DNA from: Candidatus Hodarchaeota archaeon
Lineage (GTDB): Archaea > Asgardarchaeota > Heimdallarchaeia > Hodarchaeales > Hodarchaeaceae
Reading direction: 5' to 3'
Length of the DNA stretch: 39,235 bases
NCBI GenBank assembly: GCA_016839815.1
Contig: JAEOTM010000036.1
Coordinates: 1-39,235 of the forward strand
A program made the position numbers and the translations under genes. The notes beneath the pieces are model-generated. The model saw nothing but the letters and a program-made list of their open reading frames with translations. It had not been told where the DNA came from and searched no databases. Below are positions 1-6,697 of the stretch, one piece after another (position 1 is the first letter of the stretch; every line of letters begins with the position of its first letter).

Positions 1-342
1 ATGTAGTCCGTCGGTTTCCGCTTCTTTCTTTTTCAAAGATTCTTGGAGTTTTTCTAGTTCATCAGAATCTGTTTGTACATCTTTTTTAGCGAAAGAACGA
101 GTTTTCTTTGCAATGCTTATTGAATATTGATTGAGTAAATCCTGATTGATCTTTATTAATTGATCAGTAGCTTCTCGAACGAAATTTTCAGCCTGATAAA
201 CGGGTACACTTGAATGAGCAGGAATTCGTCTTGGAATTGCCTGTAAAAATGTTTCACGAGTTTCTCCTAATCGTGTTTTGGACTCAGAAATGAGAGGATC
301 AAATAATTTCATAATAAAGTTACCAAGATCAGAATCTGACAT
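1..342 (-). CDS. Hypothetical protein, 5' part only (runs off the window); helical/coiled-coil-like
   Basis: Manual translation from the ATG at 342: MSDSDLGNFIMKLFDPLISESKTRLGETRETFLQAIPRR...DELEKLQESLKKKEAETDGLH. Open for 114 codons to the window edge; not in the ORF track because it has no stop codon here. Confidence 0.7.
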   Translation of the reverse strand, partial: MSDSDLGNFIMKLFDPLISESKTRLGETRETFLQAIPRRIPAHSSVPVYQAENFVREATDQLIKINQDLLNQYSISIAKKTRSFAKKDVQTDSDELEKLQESLKKKEAETDGLH

Positions 343-678
343 AGAATCACTTAAAGAAATTTAGTAAATGAATTGGAGAATATTCACACTTTTTAATCTT
401 GGTATTCTTGAAAGTTCTTTTTTTTCTGCTTAGTTGATCGAATCATTCTTTATTAAAGACAAATGGTGTGATAAATGGTTCTTTGGTTTTAATTTTTCTC
501 TGTTTACGGGAACTATGAAGGTTGACCTGTAATTATGGTACCTTTATAATAGATCGTTGGAAGAATAATATAGGGATAAATCTACCTTTATGTTAGATTA
601 AAAGAATCTCACTATATTGGTAAATTGGAAAAAATTCAAATTTATCTTACTGGTATTTAATAAGAAGATCATAAAAGC

Positions 679-683
679 GGTGA
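679..683 (+). promoter_or_regulatory. Archaeal Shine-Dalgarno (GGTGA) upstream of the profilin-like gene
   Basis: gcGGTGAaaaaATG immediately before the start at 688. Confidence 0.55.
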
Positions 684-687
684 AAAA

Positions 688-1056
688 ATGTCTTATCAAG
701 ATGATATGAATGCTTTGATTCAAAATGGTTATGTATCCATTGTTACGATATTAGATCCAAATGGGGCACCATATTGGACAAATCAACCAGAATGGCAAGT
801 CGATGGTGCATCTCTAATTTCTTCATGGCAAAATAAGGAACCTGGAGTGAATATTGCTGGAGTAAGGTACTCAAGTATGGTTAATGATTGGGAAGCTGGT
901 AGCTTTGTTGCACGGAACGTTGGTGGAGCAGGTATTGTATGTCTAGTACGAGCACCAAATAACTATTATTTTTTGACTTGGACTCCTGGTGAGGTTCAGA
1001 TTCCTTCTATTAATATCCATGGGGAAGTAGCCAAGATGGCTATTAAATTCAAGTAA
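688..1056 (+). CDS. Profilin-like protein (Asgard eukaryotic signature protein)
   Basis: 122 aa. N-terminal MSYQDDMNALI resembles profilin MSWQxYVD. It is followed by 'vtIldpnG..yW', 'GVnIaGvRY', 'GaGivclv', a hydrophobic strand and a C-terminal helix (GEVAKMAIKF), matching profilin length and pattern. Confidence 0.75.
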   Translation: MSYQDDMNALIQNGYVSIVTILDPNGAPYWTNQPEWQVDGASLISSWQNKEPGVNIAGVRYSSMVNDWEAGSFVARNVGGAGIVCLVRAPNNYYFLTWTPGEVQIPSINIHGEVAKMAIKFK

Positions 1057-1090
1057 CTTTTTTTCATTTCCTTCTTTTTCTTTTTTTCTT
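1057..1090 (+). terminator. Oligo-T/pyrimidine tract, probable archaeal terminator
   Basis: cttttttttcatttccttctttttctttttttctt directly after the profilin stop codon. Confidence 0.5.
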
Positions 1091-1141
1091 ATTCGACTTT
1101 TTAGTGAAGCTTGTCTCTAGTCACACCTTTTTTAAGAGATC

Positions 1142-4018
1142 TTGAGAACAAACCCCATTCTTCACTCTTTACTTCATATATATTTAGAAATAATCTCTAG
1201 ATCGCTAGATGAGAATCCAATGACCAGTGAATGGAAAGATATTTTTGGATTGATTACCAACATCAGAAATAGGTTACTTGAGTCATGTAGTTTATCTTCT
1301 GGCAAGAAGCTTGAATTTGTGGATCAATTTCTCCTTCAATTAACGGTCTTATGGGTTTTACAAAAACATCGCTTCTTTAATAATGATAAAAATTATTTTA
1401 ATAATATGTTTCAACTAATTGCCCAAAAATCTGCTGGCATTGCTTTCAATACAATCAATGATTTTATGGATTCTTTCCTAACAAGATTAATAGCATTAGA
1501 AGATTTTCAAATCAGTCAGGATTCAGATTTTGGTAGATTGCGAGGGTGTAAATCAGCTATCTTTATCGATCTGGTCTCTATCAAACAGAAAACTGACTTT
1601 CCAAATGATCTGTACTATTTAGATTCTGATAAATCGCACACGTCCAAGACGGAATCTCTGACTGCAGGGATATTCTCTATTCTCGATCGATTTGATAATC
1701 AGATCACTGGTGCATTTTTAGGATCATTATACGAAAAATTGATATCTTCCGAAAAGAAAAGGCAAGGAGGAGTATATTATTCACCTGTTGAACTAACTGG
1801 TTATATCACCCGCTATTCATTACGAGTATATTTAATGGATCAGTTAGGATCAATGGATTACTCTATGTCGGATGATATTTCTATAATCATTAAATCCCTT
1901 GACAAACCTGGAATTTTAAGATTGTATGAAAAATTAAAGGATATTTCAATCTTGGATCCTGCTGTTGGTACTGGACAATTCTTGGAAAGTGCTGCTGATG
2001 AATTGTTATTAGTGTATTCAATGGTAATTAAAAGATTTAAAGAATTACAAGAACCAATGATCTTAAATGATAATATGGATCAATCTGACAATATTATTCA
2101 CAGTGTAGACTATACAAAGGTACAAGATAAAGCAGAAACTCAATTTTATTTACTTAATTTCTTGATTTTTCCAAAATCCTTGTTTGGAATTGATATCGAC
2201 CCTTTCGTGATTCCTTTTACCAAAGCACGATTGTTTATCTATTTAGCACAATATTTTAAGGAAAATATGACACACCATTCCCTAATTCTACCTTTTCAAT
2301 GTAATCTCCAAATTGGAGATGCACTTCTACTTAATTGGAAAGATGCTTTTAAACCAATGTCAACCTCTCACGCCTTTTTTTCGCTCATTCTTACCAATCC
2401 TCCCTATATTGGAGAAAGTAATAATAAGGATATTTTTCGAACATATTCTCTTGCCTTTCCAAGTTACTATGAAGGAAAACTTGACATTTGGTATTTATTT
2501 TTCCATTTAGCAATAAATCAAGTAGTACCAAAAGGTATTGTCTCGTTTCTGACTACAAATTATTGGCTAACTGCTTCGGGAGCTTCTAAATTACGAAATA
2601 GAATATACTCCGAAACCTATATTTTGGAATTTATTGATTTTGGTGAAAATCGCGTATTTCAGGGAGCTCATGGGATTCATTCTAGTGTTATTATTATAAA
2701 AAACCTTAAGGCTCAAAATCCGACAATTAACTGTGTTTCCTATACGAATAAGATTCCTAAAGGAGAACATCTCTTAGATCATATATCCAATCAATTAACT
2801 TTCCAGATTGATCAAAAAGACCTTACTCTGGACAACTGGGATAAATATTTTCACTTTATCCCTCCGGATGTCTCCCATATATTAAGAAAAATTATAGATA
2901 ATTGCTCATCACTAAAGGATTCGACTTACAGTGTGAAAGAGGGGTTAATTACCGGTTTAAATAGAATTAATAAAAGGCAAATTCAGAAATATGGTTATCC
3001 TTCAGCATGGATAAATCGTGGAATATTTATCTTCAATCTAACAAATGAAAATGACTATAACACTCTTGAAACCTTTACTATTGAAGAAAAAAAGTATTTG
3101 AAACCTATTTACAAAAATTCTTCAATTGAACCGTATTCAACGCGGGTTCAAACCCACTTACGCTTATTGTATCTTGTTAAAAGTAATCTAGACCTTTCAA
3201 TCCTTCCTAATATAAAGAAACATCTTGATCACTATCATAAGGCACTTCGTAATTCACTCGATCATCCTCCTTACCTCAATCGTCCCCGAAAACCAGAGAT
3301 CTTTCTTTCTCCCAAACTGGTTACACCCCAAAGATCCCGAACAACGCGATTTGCTTATAATTGCACTGAATGGTTCGCCACACAAGATGTCTATTTCATA
3401 TGTGAAAGAGGAAAATCTAAGCGAAAACTTAAGATCCTTCTTTTATTTTTACAATCTAAGGTTTCTTTTTTCTGGTTTTCATGGATGGGGAAAAAAAAGG
3501 GCTCTCAATTAGAATTTTTTGGAGAATCTATTTCTAATTTTCCTATTCCAAAAGTAGTAGATAATCCGAACCTTTTGGTACGAATAACAGAATATTTAAT
3601 ATTTTTTTATACGCTTGACAAGGTACCAAGAGAGTTCCATCATATCTGGGCTTACTTTGAGGAGAAAATTGCATCTTTAATCACCTATACACATTTTTTC
3701 ACAGATTTGATTCTCTCCAGCAAAAATAAACACCAATCCTACAAAGATATATCGGATAAATTACTCCAAAATCTTAAAGAAATTAATATTGAGAAATTCT
3801 TGACCTTTCGATACTCAATTTTTGCATCATATGATCATGAATCTGCTAATAAAGATGAAAATTCTGATATAATCGAAACTTATCTAAAAATTATCGGGGA
3901 ATCATACAATAGAATCTCTAAAGATAAGCAAATCATGGATTTCTACAATTATGTAAATACTTTTTCGATTGTTAAACAAATTAACAATTTTTATGCATCA
4001 AAAAACCATAAAAAATGA
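1142..4018 (+). CDS. Large gamma-class N6-adenine DNA methyltransferase (Eco57I/TaqI-like, with TaqI_C-type target-recognition region); likely true start ATG 1220
   Basis: LGSLYE..GVYYSP (motif X), ILDPAVGTGQFL (motif I), LFGIDID, LTNPPY (motif IV), WLTASGASKLR, FIDFGENRVF, C-terminal PKLVT..RFAY..QDVYFI..LQSK pattern. No convincing PD-(D/E)xK nuclease domain seen. Confidence 0.85.
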   Translation: MRTNPILHSLLHIYLEIISRSLDENPMTSEWKDIFGLITNIRNRLLESCSLSSGKKLEFVDQFLLQLTVLWVLQKHRFFNNDKNYFNNMFQLIAQKSAGIAFNTINDFMDSFLTRLIALEDFQISQDSDFGRLRGCKSAIFIDLVSIKQKTDFPNDLYYLDSDKSHTSKTESLTAGIFSILDRFDNQITGAFLGSLYEKLISSEKKRQGGVYYSPVELTGYITRYSLRVYLMDQLGSMDYSMSDDISIIIKSLDKPGILRLYEKLKDISILDPAVGTGQFLESAADELLLVYSMVIKRFKELQEPMILNDNMDQSDNIIHSVDYTKVQDKAETQFYLLNFLIFPKSLFGIDIDPFVIPFTKARLFIYLAQYFKENMTHHSLILPFQCNLQIGDALLLNWKDAFKPMSTSHAFFSLILTNPPYIGESNNKDIFRTYSLAFPSYYEGKLDIWYLFFHLAINQVVPKGIVSFLTTNYWLTASGASKLRNRIYSETYILEFIDFGENRVFQGAHGIHSSVIIIKNLKAQNPTINCVSYTNKIPKGEHLLDHISNQLTFQIDQKDLTLDNWDKYFHFIPPDVSHILRKIIDNCSSLKDSTYSVKEGLITGLNRINKRQIQKYGYPSAWINRGIFIFNLTNENDYNTLETFTIEEKKYLKPIYKNSSIEPYSTRVQTHLRLLYLVKSNLDLSILPNIKKHLDHYHKALRNSLDHPPYLNRPRKPEIFLSPKLVTPQRSRTTRFAYNCTEWFATQDVYFICERGKSKRKLKILLLFLQSKVSFFWFSWMGKKKGSQLEFFGESISNFPIPKVVDNPNLLVRITEYLIFFYTLDKVPREFHHIWAYFEEKIASLITYTHFFTDLILSSKNKHQSYKDISDKLLQNLKEINIEKFLTFRYSIFASYDHESANKDENSDIIETYLKIIGESYNRISKDKQIMDFYNYVNTFSIVKQINNFYASKNHKK

Positions 4019-4031
4019 GAATTGATTTTTC

Positions 4032-4047
4032 AAGTATCTAGATACTT
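4032..4047. repeat. Perfect 16-bp palindrome between convergent genes (possible terminator or protein-binding site)
   Basis: AAGTATCTAGATACTT with T-runs on both sides, inside the 63-bp gap between convergent ORFs. Confidence 0.5.
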
Positions 4048-4081
4048 TTTCATCCCTTGTTAATTAGTCTAAAGTTAATCA

Positions 4082-5020
4082 TTAGTTGAAATAATAATCT
4101 AATGTTCGTGAATCAGCTTGAGAAAGAGTTTGATTCATTCGATTTCTGATAGTTTTCACATACGATGATTGCTTCAGGATGAAGTCATGATTTTGAGCAG
4201 TAAGAAACATCCAGACATTCCACAGAGCTCGGTTTGTCCATCCTTCAGCTCCTGGTATTTGAAGTGATCTGAAACAATGAAGAAAAGGTGGTTTATAGGT
4301 CTCGAAAATCTTTGGTGTTAACCATTTCCTTGTTTGTGTAGAACGTCGGACTCTAGGAATAGATCTCGACCCTTCTGGAGTATAACAGTCCCCAATAGCT
4401 GCATTTTTTCTCCATCCAATCCAATCTATTGTTTGGAGATAGTCTTTGAATATAACCTGGTGAAATGGACTCCCTAATCCAAACCCATGGAAATTTTGTG
4501 TCGTTAAGGAACGGAATTTGGCTATCCATGCAGCCACATCGTAAACACTTCCCTTTTCATTGATTTTCAAAGAAGGAACCATCCCTCCCAACCCAATGTA
4601 GGGACCAGAGTAATCAGTTAGATTGATATTCGGAAAGTGCACAACTGGCAATACTGGATGATCAATTTTCTTATCCAAAGTAGACCAATTCTGCCATGAT
4701 TTCTTCCTTTTACCAATAACATCCAAATTGATAATAGTATCCCCATCATTCACTCCTACATCCTTAAGAAATGTAATATACTTATTCAAGGGGATATCTA
4801 TTCCAGTTTGATGTGCACTATAAGCACCTGAATCGATCATTATTGGGCCATCGTATGAGAAATAATCATGTAGACCTTGGTCTTTAATTTTCTTACTCCA
4901 CTTTTTAAATTGCCAAAATGAGAATAAAATCCCATATTTACGTTTAAGCATGAACTGATTAATTAAATCTTCATACATCCAAGGAAAAAACCCATTAACG
5001 ATACCCAAGTACAATTTCAA
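4082..5020 (-). CDS. tRNA-guanine transglycosylase (TGT)/DpdA-like TIM-barrel base-exchange protein, paralog 1
   Basis: TGT-family motifs in the expected order: MIDSGAYS, INLDVIG, LPVVH, IGLGGMVP, FHGFGLG, TIDW (nucleophile Asp position), RALWNVW (normally RxxHN). Confidence 0.75.
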   Translation of the reverse strand: MKLYLGIVNGFFPWMYEDLINQFMLKRKYGILFSFWQFKKWSKKIKDQGLHDYFSYDGPIMIDSGAYSAHQTGIDIPLNKYITFLKDVGVNDGDTIINLDVIGKRKKSWQNWSTLDKKIDHPVLPVVHFPNINLTDYSGPYIGLGGMVPSLKINEKGSVYDVAAWIAKFRSLTTQNFHGFGLGSPFHQVIFKDYLQTIDWIGWRKNAAIGDCYTPEGSRSIPRVRRSTQTRKWLTPKIFETYKPPFLHCFRSLQIPGAEGWTNRALWNVWMFLTAQNHDFILKQSSYVKTIRNRMNQTLSQADSRTLDYYFN

Positions 5021-5136
5021 AACGAATCTTTCCCCTAAATGTTTATTATTGAGTATTATTCAAGGATGTAATTAATCCACTAGGGGATTGTTATCTTCCC
5101 TGAAACATAGGTACATATAGAAAAAAGTGCTAATCG

Positions 5137-5616
5137 ATGTCATCACCGAAAGGTCTTCTCATCATCTCATGTGGGAAGAAAAAGTCCCAAGAACTCAAGC
5201 ATCGTGCGTTAAGGGCGGAGGATGCATATAAAGGTCCTATGTTTCAAGTAATTAATAAAGCAAAAAGGGAAAAGAGGTGGCCTAATAGTCTGAAACTAGG
5301 AATTATCTCAGCTAAATATGGATTCTTACGATCAGATGATGAAATCAACGATTATGATCTATTTATGTCAAAAGGAAGAGCGGAAGAACTTAATGCACAA
5401 GTCATTAGCGGAATTAGAGAATGGCATGAGACAGAAGCATTTTCGATAATCTATGTTCTCACGGGTAAAGACTACTTAAACAGTGTGCACGGACTAGCTG
5501 AATTCATTAATACAGAAGTAAGGATTGAGAATATGGGAGGATTAGGAATTGGCCAGAGAAAACTTGTTGATTTTATCAATTCATTAAGTACTATTGGATT
5601 AGTAAACAGAGGCTAA
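5137..5616 (+). CDS. DUF6884-like (YaaA-related) protein
   Basis: LLIISCGKKK, AEDAYKGPMF, IISAKYGFL, I.DYD..M and LTGKDY match my recollection of the DUF6884 signature (IISCxxxK..A.dlY.g..F..ilSAkyGl..i.pYd). Confidence 0.7.
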   Translation: MSSPKGLLIISCGKKKSQELKHRALRAEDAYKGPMFQVINKAKREKRWPNSLKLGIISAKYGFLRSDDEINDYDLFMSKGRAEELNAQVISGIREWHETEAFSIIYVLTGKDYLNSVHGLAEFINTEVRIENMGGLGIGQRKLVDFINSLSTIGLVNRG

Positions 5617-5622
5617 ATTAAA

Positions 5623-6666
5623 ATGAGTTTTGCGTTGGGAACTCCTATCAGTGCCCGAGTACGACCTTGGCAGTTCGATTGGATTGTAAAACCTGATTTT
5701 CTAATGATTTCTGCGGTTGATTTTATGCAAAATCCAAATCTTTTTGAAACAATAAAGAAATCAGGCATTCATGAATATCTAGAATGGGATGGGCCTCTAG
5801 TTTGTGATTCTGGAGCGTTTTCAGCTCTAAACAGAAAGAAGAAGATGAACCTGAGTCTACAGCAGCTCAAAGTTTTTTATCGTGAACTTTCAAGGCAGGA
5901 TCCTGAAATCATCAAGATAACATTAGACTACCCTGATAAGGATATTTTGTCGAATTACTTAGAATTATTACCTTATGAAATTCAACCGGTCATTCCCCAC
6001 AACCAATTACATCTTTTGGACGAAATTGTATCAGAAGCTGGATTTTCTGACTGGAGTTTTATCGGACGCTTAGTACCTCTTATGAGAGGAGGGAGCGGGT
6101 ATAAAAATCGATTATTTAAGGCTCTAAATAATTTCAAGAGAGAAATGCAGAATTTTTCCTCGTCTGAGATAAGTAAGATATGGGCACTGGGAGTAGGTGC
6201 ACCGAGTATTCTACACGAAGTTCTATCTGCTGTAGATGGATGTGATTCTTCGCGGTGGAGAATTACAGCCTCAAATATGATACTACTTCCTTTCGGGGGA
6301 GAAAGGGGAATTGGGAGTAAGACGAAGTGGAGAGGGACTCATCATCGTATTGAAGAAGGAATGGAAAAGAAATGTGTAATCAATATCCTTAACCAGATTG
6401 ATATCCGCTCGGGAGGATTAGAAACCCTTGATAAGTCATTACAGGTGAATGCTTATCCAAAACAACTTAAAAATAATTTTGAAGTGAACCTACCAAAAAT
6501 TGGAGATTTGATCGGTAAATTACGGAATGCTGACCAAAATGTTTCAGTTTATGAATTAGAATTGCTTTTGAGGAGTTCTGGGAATCTACGCCTTATTTTC
6601 AATTACATATCAGCGTTATATTATAAATTAGACACCTCGTTTAAAAAGCATATTCAGGATAACTAA
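5623..6666 (+). CDS. TGT/DpdA-like TIM-barrel base-exchange protein, paralog 2
   Basis: LVCDSGAFS, ITLDYP, IQPVIP, FIGRLVP, IWALGVG, DGCDSSRW, RLIFNY. Starts 6 bp after the DUF6884-like gene. Confidence 0.72.
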   Translation: MSFALGTPISARVRPWQFDWIVKPDFLMISAVDFMQNPNLFETIKKSGIHEYLEWDGPLVCDSGAFSALNRKKKMNLSLQQLKVFYRELSRQDPEIIKITLDYPDKDILSNYLELLPYEIQPVIPHNQLHLLDEIVSEAGFSDWSFIGRLVPLMRGGSGYKNRLFKALNNFKREMQNFSSSEISKIWALGVGAPSILHEVLSAVDGCDSSRWRITASNMILLPFGGERGIGSKTKWRGTHHRIEEGMEKKCVINILNQIDIRSGGLETLDKSLQVNAYPKQLKNNFEVNLPKIGDLIGKLRNADQNVSVYELELLLRSSGNLRLIFNYISALYYKLDTSFKKHIQDN

Positions 6667-6697
6667 TTATTATCAAAATATTGGGGATTTTGAAATC

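Noticed and set aside
4082-6666. Calling the TGT-like genes canonical tgt/tgtA (queuosine or archaeosine tRNA enzymes)
   Set aside because: They lack the Zn site, the N-terminal TPxFMP motif and PUA domain, and they sit among DNA MTases; no gene symbol was assigned.
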